Source: Podarcis bocagei | Taxonomy: Eukaryota | Assembly (NCBI GenBank): GCA_964188305.1 | Contig: OZ076886.1 | Strand: one strand, 5' to 3' | DNA length: 64,000 bases | Part shown: piece after piece, positions 38,301 to 51,069 of the stretch | Numbering within the stretch: the first letter of the stretch is position 1 | Layout: every line of letters begins with the position of its first letter | Notes under the pieces: generated by a model | The model's database searches: none | What the model saw: only the letters and a program-made list of their open reading frames with translations | What the model was told of the DNA's origin: nothing | Made by a program: the position numbers and the translations under genes

Positions 38301-40022
38301 ATGTGTATCTAATGTACCTTTCTATTTACATTGTAATTCAGTTAAGCTGATGCATGGCAAGAAGAATTCTTATCATGCAGTTGATGTGAATTTTGATTCC
38401 TCTTGTCCGGGAAATAACATAACTTTGCATACAGTCACTGAGGGAAAATGGGAACATTCCCAAAGAAAGGGATGTCTTAACAGTTAATATGAATGAAAAA
38501 AATATTTTCAGTTTGTTTGATTAAAGATATCATCCTGTTGGTGCTGTTTGAAAGAGTTCTAGCCGAATCAAGCAGCTAATGTTACTTCCTAAAGAGAAAA
38601 GTGTTCCCCAACTCAAGAAAGTAATAGCTGGTCCAGCTCTGCCATGCCATGTTTATTTGGACAAAATATCTCTCTCACATCATAACTGAAAGTCCCTCTT
38701 CTTTACAGGGATGGGTTGTGGAGGTGTGAGGGATACATCTGTTGTGGGCATTCTATTCTTTACTTATTACACTTAAATTCAATATTGGTCATCATTCCTG
38801 AAGTAAAAATACTATTGTTGGCTTTCATACCCAGGGCATTTCTTGTCCCATTTCACATGCAGTATCGACAGATGTGGTGTAATCTAGCCTGGTTTTATTT
38901 TTCAGGCACAAAACACAATTTCTGACTTGTGTACAGTAGCATGTGGAGTCTGCTTGGAATACTTAATGACATTCAGCAAAATGCTAATTAAATGTTTCAT
39001 ATGGCTAAGAGAAATGTGCAGTAAGGGCCTCTCCCTAGTTTACAGTAGCATGAGGCTGCAGGTAAAGCAGGTAGGACTGTTTGGCAAGGCATGCTTTTGT
39101 TTAGCATGTCATCCAAACCTGGGCTGGTGGTTTAGTTCTCTCCAGGCAAACCATGAACTGTAACCAAGGTTTGTCCTAGAGTTGTAGCTCATGATTTGTC
39201 TGGGAAAGCGAAACCTTGAGCCCTGGTTGGAACAACCCACCAAGCCAGACCATGGCTTAGTTCAATGCAGTACAGCAGCAGAATGACTCAAACAACAACA
39301 TGGCTTTGGTCTATCTGCTTAATATTAAGTTTTTTTTAAAAAAATAGTTTAAGGAATCTAGTAATTAAATAGATAGCAAATGATGCTCTTGTCAGAGTTC
39401 TCCCTTAGAAGTAACTATACTTAACATTTGGAAAATGAGCAGTACATCACTGAATGTATCATAGCATCTCACCAAGCTTTTGAAACTGATGAATTGGAAT
39501 ACCCCCAATAGATCTATTAGAATCCAGATGCATTTTGAACATATTATAGAGATTAGATGGCTCAGTATTTTGTATTTGGACACATAATTTGAACTGGATG
39601 GTCCTCAGCTCTGCAGAACTTTGTGGTCTTGTAAAAACAATATATAGCCGGCTTAGTTTTGCCTTTTTCTTAATATTTATTATTCATTAATTAATCAGAT
39701 GAATATAGTTTTGAAGCACAATTAAAACAGGCACCAACATATTTTTTAAAATGTGCTTTTTAAAATTCACCTTCAGATTTATGCAGGTCCAAATAAAAAC
39801 TGCATAGCATTTGTTTGGATAGCATCAAATTTCTGTAGGTTTTGAGCTGCCCAGTTATTTCTTCTTTTCACACCTGAACTGCTGACTTTCTGTCTGTTCC
39901 TTCTTGCATAATGGTTACTTTTTGTTGTTTAAAAATGCAGAAGATTTTCCATCAGACTTTTTTCTTTCCCCCCTTTTTAGTCTTGCCTAACTCTGTATGT
40001 CTTGTATCATTTTACCTTGTAG

Positions 40023-40067
40023 GGTCCACCCTGAAACGACTATGTCTAGGCAAAGATCACAGTAGTA
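40023..40067 (+). CDS. WNK2: WNK2 cassette-type exon (WSTLKRLCLGKDHSS), 45 nt, phase 1-1
   Basis: TAG acceptor; GTA|GTAACT donor; matches human WSALKRLCLGKEHSS. Confidence 0.92.
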
Positions 40068-41757
40068 GTAACTATCCCTCTCTCTTTTGTTTTTTGGGTT
40101 TTTGTTATTTCTTTCTGAGCATGAGCTGCTTTATTTAAATGTAATCTAGTGGTTTATTTAAACAACAGGCGTTGCATTCATGATCGTATTAAGTTAGGCT
40201 GCATCTGAATTAAGTGCAGGTATCCTTTTGGTAGCTTTGCATGCTGGTGATGCTTTGGGATGCCTGCATGCTGCAAGATGATCTTAATCTCAGTATGTAC
40301 ATGTGTGTATATGAGACAAAGCTGGGTAGTGTGCTCATCTAATATGTCAATTAACACTGCTTCTTTACAATGCTGTTTTGCTGCTGGTTGGCTAATGCAA
40401 CCTAACACTTCCTCACACCTATTGAGATGCTTGAAGTACTGAATAGTTGCTGAGATTCAATCCTTGAAAAAAGAACTTACCTTTTCATGGGTTCGTTTTT
40501 TCAAAAGAACCTAAGAATTCACAAAAGTTTGGAGCACAATTATTTTTAAAGGAAGGTGCGAGTGTTCATTCGAACAAATCACTAATAGATTTACTTATAG
40601 CACACATCACAGTCTCCATGGCAGCAGAAATAAGATTATAGCACATTGGCTCATCATAAATAATGTCATTTCAATACAGCTTTGAACTTTTTTGCTTCAA
40701 ATTGGTATTTTTAGGAATTAGAATTCAAATATTTTTCAAAAAACTAAAAAAAAGAATTCATTTTAGATTCACCTACCAAACAATATTAGAGACTGTTTCA
40801 CTTTATGTTAGATATTGGTTTTATCATCTTGCTGTGAATAAATTGTAGTTCAACATTAGGTATCCGAGTTTCAGGATGTAAGTGAGATAATTGTTTCCAC
40901 AGCCAAGCTACATTACAATACATTACTATATATTGGGTATATGTAGACACCATGTTTCTAATCCTCCAAATCATGGTTTGATGAATCAGTGACATGACAT
41001 CTGACTGTTACTGTGTGTAATTTATTACCACAGCTGGTGCCTATAGGTATAGCACATTTATCTTTAAAAGTTTGTCATGCAAAATATTTTAACTGCTTTG
41101 TAAACTTGGAAAGATAAATGGAAAGAGAAACATGGGAGTTTTGTGGAAGCAAGAAGGTTTGGATGGCAGCAGATATACTCTTTCCTTGAGTCATTTAGGA
41201 TTTCTGCAGAATCAGAATTATGTACATGAAGGATGGGATTTCACCAGCCTACACCGGAAAGAAAGAAAACTTGAATCCTTCTTATCAGCTTTTTTAGGAG
41301 GGTAATTGGGGTCCTGGATAGGAAATCTGTAAATCCCAAACCAATCATGGTGTTGGTTATTAAAGTGGAGCCAATTATGATTGTGCAGAGCACGAGTAAC
41401 ATATCCCTGATATCTGTGTCATCTTTAGGCTATCCATATTTCCTTTTCTATTCTTCTCTCCTCTGTCAATTCCAGTGGATTTGCATAAAGACATAATCAC
41501 CAATATTTAAATTTTTTTGGATGAAAAATTTATTTACAGTGCCATTTTGAAAGCTGCACCTAACTGGTGAAATGCATATCATTTCTTAAACCATTTTTGA
41601 AGCAAAAAAAGTTCTTCAGGAGAAGCAGCTGGGTGAAAACCAGATAGTTGTGTGGTTGTAGAACTGTTGTGCGATGAAGTAAACAAAAGCAAAAGTGGAA
41701 TGTAGTACGGCTTTGTTGATGCGTGCAGCTGATTCTTATCTTTCTGTGGCATCTTAG

Positions 41758-42017
41758 GATCCTCGACAAACAGCCTTGTAGCATATCCGGACCCTCTACC
41801 ACAAACAACGCTGCAAGTACAAGTACAAGCCAACAACAGCAACAACAAGAAAGGAACTTTCACAGATGATCTCCACAAACTGGTGGATCAATGGACAAGC
41901 AAAACCGTGGGAGCTGTGCAGGCGAAACCATCCTTAAATCAACTTAAGCAGAACCAAAAGCGGCAAGACATGGAGCCAAAGGCTAACCCCATGCAGACAC
42001 AGAATGAGACGTGTGGA
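41758..42017 (+). CDS. WNK2: WNK2 exon (RSSTNSL...[24 protein letters not shown]...NETCG), 260 nt, phase 1-0
   Basis: TAG acceptor; GGA|GTAAGT donor; WNK C-terminal signature. Absent from the ORF track on the + strand. Confidence 0.96.
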
Positions 42018-42996
42018 GTAAGTGGCACTCCTTGAAGAGCGTTACCTTTTACTTTGTGTCTGAAAGAGATTGCAGAGCTGGTGTTTGGAGGACATAAGCT
42101 TAAGGAGCATATTCCATATAAATATCCATTTCACTTCATTAACTATTAAAAATAGCTTAAGAATTTTTATCTACTTGGACTTCATCTTGACACTGTTTGG
42201 TTCAGTATATAACTTTTTACAAATGGAGAATTGTGACAAAATGAAGAATACGAATGGAGAATAGTTGATACACAGCAATACATTTACTGGTAATCAAATG
42301 TTGCTTTGTCTTAAAACAAATTTAAACAATGGTTGCTGAAGTTTTTTTTTTATTTAATTCCTTTTCCAACTGTGTCATTAATCTTCCAGTTGTTGGTTTG
42401 CTGTAATAGCTTGCTGGTAGCAGTTTGTAGGCTGTTCTTCTGCGAGAGACTGTGCCAGTACTTTTGCCTTTTAAAGGGGAGGACGGCAACTGGTACTGTG
42501 GTCCTATGGATGTCTATGCAGAAGTTAAGTCCCATTGAGAGCAGTCTCACAGCAAAATCCTAGACATGTCTGCTCAGACATGAAACCCGTTGAGTTCAAT
42601 GGGACTTACTCCCAGGTAATTGGGTACAGGATTGCAGTTTTAGTGTTCTTTTTTACATTTCATTGATAATACTTCATAGAACCCTAATTTAATGATGTGA
42701 ATGTGGTTTAAAGTGAAAGATGAAAGATGGACACACTGTCATCTCCTCACCACGCCACTTTCATCACTGCCACCCATTCCAATGCTACAACTGATTATTC
42801 CCAACCGCCACATGTTTCTAACTGCATGTTGTTGTTGTTAAAAAGGCTAGTACTAAATCATAACACCAGTGCTCCACTCCCCTATAGTGTACACACACAA
42901 AGATACTGCAATCAAGGAATGTCCCCATTCCCTTTTTTAGGTAAATTTGGTGAATCCACTCTATTTGAAGAGACTGGGGCAAGCCCTCTTCAAAGA

Positions 42997-42997
<1 letters not shown>

Positions 42998-43060
<63 letters not shown>

Positions 43061-43076
43061 TCTCTCACTCTCTCTC
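42998..43076. repeat. (TC)n microsatellite
   Basis: Seen directly. Confidence 0.95.
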
Positions 43077-43640
43077 TGTGTGACTGTTTGTGCACACTCC
43101 AAGTCCCAAATAACACATTGGAACCGCTGAACTAGGGCACATGTTATTTAGAGGAGATGCATGCAGACCAGGAACTTAATATACTGTGTGTTGAATCCAG
43201 TGCACCCTTCTGTTTGTGAAAGGGCTTTAGATCAAGCAGATGCTTCCACTGATAGAAGGGAAAGGGAGATTATTTTTTGCAAATACATTTCTCCCCTCTG
43301 TGGCTCCCTACACCCACCAAAAAGTATTCCAGAGGGTTGCAGGGACTGATAGAATGACATGGAAGATACCAGGGGGCTGCAGACTGGGAAAAGAGGGGTG
43401 ACACAGAGAATGAATCGATGAAAGGAATTCTTCAATTCACAAAGGAATACAACCCTTATCGGACAGAGGCAGTATCTGGCAAATGCAATTTACAAAACTG
43501 TAGGTGGCATGCTTAGGTTACATCCATTTCTTGGGCTTCCCTGACAAATTGCTGATGTTTAGAGCTGGAAATCTGTAACCATAAAACATAGTGATGGGAA
43601 ACACAAATACATACCTAAATCCAGCAGAGGGAAATCAAAG

Positions 43641-43643
<3 letters not shown>

Positions 43644-43677
<34 letters not shown>
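43644..43677. repeat. (GT)n microsatellite
   Basis: Seen directly. Confidence 0.95.
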
Positions 43678-43678
<1 letters not shown>

Positions 43679-46600
43679 AGAGTCAGATTTATGCCGGAGT
43701 CTAAACTCAGAAGCCTGGCTCACACATCATGTTCCCAGAGAGGAGGCCACAGCCGATTCTCTCCTCCTTGATCCCTTTTGCTGCTACAGTAAGCTGAGCC
43801 AAGTTCAGCTTAGTGTGTCATACAGGCCAAGGCACAAGGTGAAGCCGTACAAGCAGAGGGTTGGTGGAACCCTTAGAGCAGATTTGGGGTTGGAGGATTG
43901 CCGGTGGCACACAGGGAAAGGAGACGGAGGGGATGTTTTGCTGCGTGAGCAGTGGTTGTTCTGTGCACCCAACGGCTTAAGTGGATACAGCGCCTAGCTT
44001 TTTTCAGGAAGGGAGCTCGAACATGAATTTGGTTTTGAATGACATGCGAAGCCAAGCTTTGACTTCAAGCAGTGCAGCACAGCAGCAGGAGCAAAGCAGC
44101 TGTGAGCTACTCTGTGGTAAGACAGTGCACCCATGCATAGTTTGGCTTAGCGTGATATGTGAACCCAGCCAGAAAGGTAACACGAGAAAACCAAGAAGCG
44201 AGAAGGGAATGAGTAAGAGGAAGAGCTATGTGCTCTTATCAGTTATTCAATATTGATGGGAAATACCATCTTTTAAAAAACAATAACATTAATGTTTGAG
44301 CTGGCTTTCTCTAGTAGAGTGTTTTTTTAATTAAATGCTTCATTTTAGCCGTAGCAGCTTTCCTATGAAAATGACACTTTAAATTTGTTTTAAAAATTAA
44401 CAGATCATATTGTTAAGGGAGAATAGCAAAAATAAAGGAACTTGGTATAAGGAGGCTGTCTTAGCAAGGTGGAAAGTTCTCACAATCTCAGGTCTTGTTT
44501 CTTCAGAGGGCTTTTGGCCTCGTTAGCTGCAAATGGTTACAAGCTGTGGTGTCTGTCTACAAGAACACGCTTCCTATATACCTTCGGTAACTGAGATCCG
44601 TTTGATTTGCATGTCGGCACTCACCGAAATATTTTCTCAAACACTTGCACAGCTTCCATTACTTGAGGAAATAGCATGTGATGTAATTATACTTGTGTTG
44701 CAGCACTAGAGCATCAAGACAATGCTACAGGGTAATCAAGGCAAGAAGCACGATGGAAATATAAAGCGGTCTTGAAGCAGTGAAGCCTCCTTGCCCAGCA
44801 ACCTCTATATATTTTTTCTCTCTCTCCCCTTTCCAGTGATACAGATAAATGCAGAAAGTAGGCTTGCACTTCCCTAATTGTCTGTCCAGTTGGGAACAGC
44901 AGTTGCAGTGGAGCAAACATACCAGGTTTGCTCAGCTGCGGCAGTCAGGGCTTTGATAAAGCTGGTGCTAAGCTTCTGCAAATAATGTGTTCATACTTTT
45001 GTATCCAGTCCTAAGAGAAGAAAAGGGCTGAGAAGCACTGCATTTGAAGAAGAATACGTAACTTCTTCTGCCATATTTTGTACATTCTTACTATATACAT
45101 TCGTACGTGATGGTTCTATGGGCAAGTCTCTACAGATAATGAGAGTTGCATGCATACTGTTTAAGTACAGATTTCCTATTTGTCTCTCTCTTTGCCCAGC
45201 TATACAGAGTACTCGCCCTGTGATATTTTTTATTCAACCAATGGTACTGTTGCTTTTCAGCATCATCCTTTCTCTAAGACAAATCTTTGTATATTTTTTT
45301 TTGGGGGGGAATGGTGGTTCTTCTTGGATCAGTTGCATAAAAGCTTATAAGAATTTGCTTGTCCTGTTTTATTTGCTTATCAAAAGCACGATAGACAGTG
45401 CAACCCACATCTCTGCTTTTTCTTTCTTGGATTAAAAGGAATTCACTTCTCTTTACTTCTGTTGCAGTAAGAACTCCTACAATAAAGTACATCAAATAAA
45501 TTTGGCAATGAAGCACGAATGGCCAGCACAGATTTGTTCATTTGTTTTCAAAGCCACTGATAGGCAAGGGTGGCCATGCTAGCTGTTAGTTTTTTAAAAA
45601 CATCATGAAATGTGCATGGAATGTAAGTTTCAAACAGTAAGGGAGATAAGTAGTATGTACTGGTGGCAGCCCATCATCTACGAGCTTTTCATTAATGCTA
45701 CTGTAACCCATGTTCAACAACTTCAGTGGATGCGAGAGCTACAAGCTAAAAATAGCACCTTGAGCTGTACTGCATATAGAATTCCTTGAACTGGAAGAAA
45801 TTATCTTAACAGGAGGTTGTACAAAACAATATGTGTTTTCTTTTGCGTGATAATAAATGTGTCAGACTAGGACTCCAAAGGGATGAAGATGGGGTAGGGG
45901 GGAAAGCTGTGAGACGGGAAGAAAATGCTGAAGGAACCTTAAGAGTGCAGTTCTTGTTTCAGTGGCTGGTAGGTGATATGTTAAACAAACTGGAAACAGC
46001 AGAATTTTACATCTGTTTGAGCTTGATGCTAGCTGGCAAGGAAGCAATAATTCTTGTGTGGGTGAAGAATGGAGAATTAAAAATAGGAGGGGGTAAAGTC
46101 CTCAGTGTTTCATATCTATTGCCTTGCCTTGGATAAGTTTGAGTAGCATTTGCAATTCACCATTATCTTCCCTAATATAGGAAAGATAATATAGTAACCT
46201 GTCAAAAATACTAGAAGGAATCCAGATAAAGAGGTTGTGTAGAGCTGCTGAGGTTTAGTTCTGTTAAAACAAGGCTTGATCCCTGTTCACATATCACAAC
46301 TGGTGGTCCCTGGTGTGGCTGTACATTTTCATTTGTAACAAAAGACACATCCAGTCAATTCTATAGGGCCCATGGGTATTGTGGACAGAAGTGTGTGTGC
46401 AGGCACACATCTAAATCCACATTGCAAACATGCTAGGAAGTTGCCTTTAGTGGTAGAGTCATGATTGAAATAGAGAAAAACTGGGAATTCAAGCTAAAAG
46501 GAATGGTTAGCATAGGCAGAGTTTTCTTGCTGGATTTGGACAATGGTAATTTAATCTAAGGCGATATTGGACATAATCCACAGGAAGATCAGTGTCCTTA

Positions 46601-48412
46601 TGCTCCACTGATTTCAACAAGATTTGAGCAGACATGCAGCACAATTCCAAAAATAAGTCGCTGTGATTTTAATGGAAATTTACAAGTGAGTGTTCATAGG
46701 ATTGCAGCCTTGACTTATACAGAACTCTACTAACTTGTAAGAAGGGGAAAGTGGTTTTTGAAAGAAACATGAAGAAAGAAAAGATGAATGTTCAAACAAG
46801 GAAAGACTTGAGTGTGATTCATCTTAGCATTAAAAAAATATGGAGACCTTAATAGGGAGAAACAATTTTCTTATTCTCTCTGGAAAGCAAAATCATGGCT
46901 GTGGTTGCCATGGAGTATGTATGACAAAGGCCCAAAATGAACTTACACGCTGTTTCAATATGAGAATATGGCAAGATGTTGATAGAAGGCTAAAATGTTC
47001 AATTACAAGCATATTTTCCTTTGGGAATTTTGGAGCTTATTAAAAGAAATTAAAAGAGCTCAAATAAAATGCATACCTTTAATTACAAAAGGCAGGGAGG
47101 GGAAGCACAAAAGGTGGTCAACATTATTGGATGTTGGAGGGGAAGCGAATGAAGAAAGCAAAACAGTAAAACTGACAAAGCAAATGTAAAACTGAAATTT
47201 GAAGAGCAAATTGTTAAAAATTATAACAACTAACACTAAAAATCCTATTCAGCCTATGGACCAATTAGCACATCACATTAGTCACATGTTTTGTCATTTG
47301 TGTGCCAGATTTTTCATTCAATAGCCAGCCTGGTGGACTTGATCAAGATTGTGAGCTGGCCTTGCAGGTTAGGAGTACTTTAACCCTTTCTCCCTTGCTG
47401 TGGCCCTGACCTGTTTCAGGCCACCCGCCACAACTATTGTTTGTTTTGAGGGGAGAAAGCGGTCACAATATTAAAAAGCTCTCACAGTGTTGAAAGAGTT
47501 ATTATCTAAACAGAAAGGTGTTGATTATTGTAACTGCCAGATTAATATATGCCAAATATCAGAAGAATCCACAAATGCCCAAAGGGTATGCAAAACTATG
47601 GGGGTATGGCTCTCTTATATAAATTAGCATGGATGCTGTGGGTTCAATTTGGGAGCACATAATGAAAATCAGTTTGAAAAGGCTTTGCGTTCTATCGTAT
47701 TAAAATAGTTTCCACTGCTTCTATTGGTGAGGGAGCTGTGTGTATATGTGCCCGGAGGGTTGAAGTGCATACTGGGCGGGGCTGGCTATTTGCAAATAAA
47801 ATATCAGTGCAAAAGGCAAACATGCAACCAACGTAATGTGTAGTTTGGCTCAAAAAGATCTCCAAAAGGATGTCTTCAAGCTGGTTGACTGAACAGCAAA
47901 GTGACAGATGAGTAAAACATACTGAGAGAAGAGAATCCTAAATAAGCTGTATCCACCCAGGGACTGGCCTTAGCAGAAAGCTCATGCGCATACACAGTGC
48001 CATTTGGATTCTCTGGCTTTCAAAAAAGTTGAAGGTCTGAGCACATTATTCTTGTTTATCAAACTGCCAGTAAGTTTCCCATCCAAATGCAGCAAGCCTT
48101 TATGGAAACATAGTGATAAAGATGAGCCGTGGCTGAGCAGCTGGCAAGTGCCAGCCCCAGCTTCCCTTTCGTATTCCTAGCTGGCTTTCCTCCATCTTTC
48201 TAATTTTGCCTTTCCTCCTGTTAGGTACCCTGCCTCTTCTTCCTTGTGCCATCCTCTCACTTCCTTGTCTTTTTCTGCTGCATCACCTGCTCCCCTTTAG
48301 TCAAGCCTCAGGCCTCTGCTGTCTTCCTCTTTCCTCTTTTTTTAGGCCCTCAAACAAGGTTTAACCTCAGACCACCTAACTAGGCCAATACATTCCCCCC
48401 ATATTAGACTAT

Positions 48413-48413
<1 letters not shown>

Positions 48414-48469
<56 letters not shown>
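48414..48469. repeat. (CT)n(AT)n compound microsatellite
   Basis: Seen directly. Confidence 0.95.
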
Positions 48470-48659
48470 GTTGTTCAGGAATGCATGTGAACTTCCATTA
48501 TAAGGTAGCCTATAAGTAGTACAAATAAATGAATGAAGGTTTGTGGTAGGTGGTTATAAAAAAAAACACCCCACTAGGAATCAATGAATTTAAAAGTTGC
48601 ACAACTGTAAATATTTTTACAGACAAATTAGTAATTTATTTGAAATTAGTTTTCAAATA

Positions 48660-48885
48660 CAGTGGTACCTCAGGTTACATACGCTTCAGGTTACAGACTC
48701 TGCTAACCCAGAAATAATGCTTCAGGTTAAGAACTTTGCTTCAGGATGAGAACAGAAATTGTGCTCCGGTGGCGCGGCGGCAGCAGGAGGCCCCATTAGC
48801 TAAAGTGGTGCTTCAGGTTAAGAACAGTTTCAGGTTAAGAACGGACCTCCAGAACGAATTAAGTACTTAACCCGAGGTACCACTG
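48660..48885. mobile_element. Tc1/mariner-type MITE (different family)
   Basis: TIRs CAGTGGTACCTCAGGTTA / TAACCCGAGGTACCACTG; TA TSD; internal TTCAGGTTA repeats. Confidence 0.9.
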
Positions 48886-50718
48886 TATAGGTATGCATTT
48901 AGTTTATATTTAGGACTCAGGGCCAGCAGACTATCTGGAAACCTCTAGGATAGATAGGCTAGGATAGGCAATTTCGAGAAATGATGGAATCTGGAGCTAT
49001 TAGGAGAGAAAAAGCACAATATTATTTCCTTCTCAGTAGTATTTAATTAGTCTTCCAGTCTTCGAGACAATGAGCTAATATTAGCCACTGTAGGGCATGA
49101 AAGCTAGAACTGTACTTCAAAAATGCCTAAAAAGAGAAGTTTGAACTAAATTCATCCTGCAAAACAATGTTATCCAACCACAGATGGCCTGAGCAAAGTA
49201 AAAAATAGTACCTGATATTTTTTTTCCCTTTTCTTTTTTAAGGTTCTATGATAGAGTGCTCACTTTCATGGCACATACCTCTTGTACTTTGTAATACTCT
49301 TGCCAATTGCTGCTAAGAGAAGCTATCAACATTCTGCAAATCTGTTGCCCACATACAACTGCTCATTCCATGAAGAACTAATTCTTGGCTAAATGGGCTA
49401 CCGGTGAATAGAGTCTCTTAAGATTGTTAGGAAAGCCTCTCATCTCCCTTGTATCTTTTAAAGGAAATAAATATTTTGAGGTTGTCATTCTTGGAGCCAA
49501 AATGGGTAGCTGACGTGCAATCCTACACATTTCTACTCAGAAGTTAGTCCCACTGAGTTCAATGGAGCTTAGTTTTGGGTAAGGAGTAGGAACCCTGTTC
49601 AGTAGTTATGCCTAAGATAGTACTATTGACTTTTCAGTCTAGATATTGCAAGCAAAACTCCCTCAAAATGCTTTTTCCCTATTAACAAGTTTTCATTTCA
49701 GTTCATGCACATTTTCTGCCTTAAAAATTCTCACTCCATCTCCTGGGTATAATTACCAATTTGACCCTGATATTATAGACAAAGGGATTGCCTGAAAGAA
49801 CCATCATTCAGGAGTAGGTGCTGACTTAATGAAATCACTGCCAGAAGTTGTAAATTATATGTGAAATTAAAACCTGCTAACCAAATCCATGGGGGAACCA
49901 GACAGATCTCTTGTACAATAATTGCTTTTGTGGCATTTGGACTATATTTAAGCTCATAATTCTCAGGAAGTCAGCTGTTCTCAGTGTTTAGAAAAGAAAG
50001 CCCTTTCTCTCATCCAGTTCTGCATTGTCTAGATATTTTCAGAGCTGTGGAGCTGAGCTATATAGTCCCAAGAGCTCTGTGTGTGTGTTCAAAGAATTCT
50101 CTGGAGAGCCAGTGAAAAGATGTTATGGGGTGGCTGAAAGCACGGAAGGGAGTTAACTGGTACATATATTTTTTCTACCTACACATGAATATATTGTGGA
50201 CAACAGTTTTGGGTGGTTTTTCCCCAGATTTGGCTATATGCTGCTTACAGCCAATACAGCAACACTGTTCTCCAGATTGTGTTGAAAGGAGATAGGTGTG
50301 GGACTTGGGTGGGTGGGTTGTTATTGTTTTAAGGAAAGCAATGATTGATTATCAGCTCTTATATACTGACGGAGAAATAATGCAGGTATTTTGCAGACCG
50401 CCACATTGCCTAAATTTCATGTGGAATGTAGACAGTTCAGAGGATTTCCCCTGAAGTCATTATGTCTATGAAAACCTAGAGGGTGTGTGTGTATGTTAAA
50501 GCAACTGGCCAAGTTTCTGCATTTATTGCCCCATTCACAATCTACAATCTCCTCCACTGGAGGGCGCAGAACCAGGACGTCCCCTCAGAACAGAGTAGCC
50601 GAGTGTGATGCAACTGTTGAGTTTGAAATGATAAACTGCCATAAAGCGATGATGTCTCACTGCTCAGCTAGGAGGGTACAAGCGTAATAGCTGTTGCTTT
50701 TTATGTTTGTTTTTGTAG

Positions 50719-51069
50719 GTTAATTCAGTCAGAACAGGAGTGGGGGAAAAGACAATTGTTCCAGTCTCTTGCCCAGTGCCAGCTGCATTAACTCCTGGAG
50801 TTTCACCATCCCTGCCAGTGCCTATGCCAGGTACTACCCTTTCTGGCACAGTAAAACCTTATGTGATGCCTCTTTGTCAATATGGAGGAGTTTTTCCTAC
50901 ATCCGTTTTTGGAGTGCAGTGGTTGGGCCCAGCCACACAGCCTGGGATTGTAGGAGGCCAGAGCGTTGCTCCATTCCCACCTCTGGGCAAAAACGGCTTG
51001 CAGCTGTTTCCAGTGCCGCTGCAGCAACCTGTGGTCAGCCCGCCAGGCTCTAACATGAGAATAACTTAG
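50719..51069 (+). CDS. WNK2: WNK2 proximal terminal coding exon (VNSVRTGVG...SPPGSNMRIT-stop), with internal alternative donor at 50830
   Basis: tttttgTAG acceptor in phase 0; ORF to TAG at 51067-51069; ends like human WNK1 (SNPPGSNLRTT). Confidence 0.9.
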   Translation, partial: VNSVRTGVGEKTIVPVSCPVPAALTPGVSPSLPVPMPGTTLSGTVKPYVMPLCQYGGVFPTSVFGVQWLGPATQPGIVGGQSVAPFPPLGKNGLQLFPVPLQQPVVSPPGSNMRIT

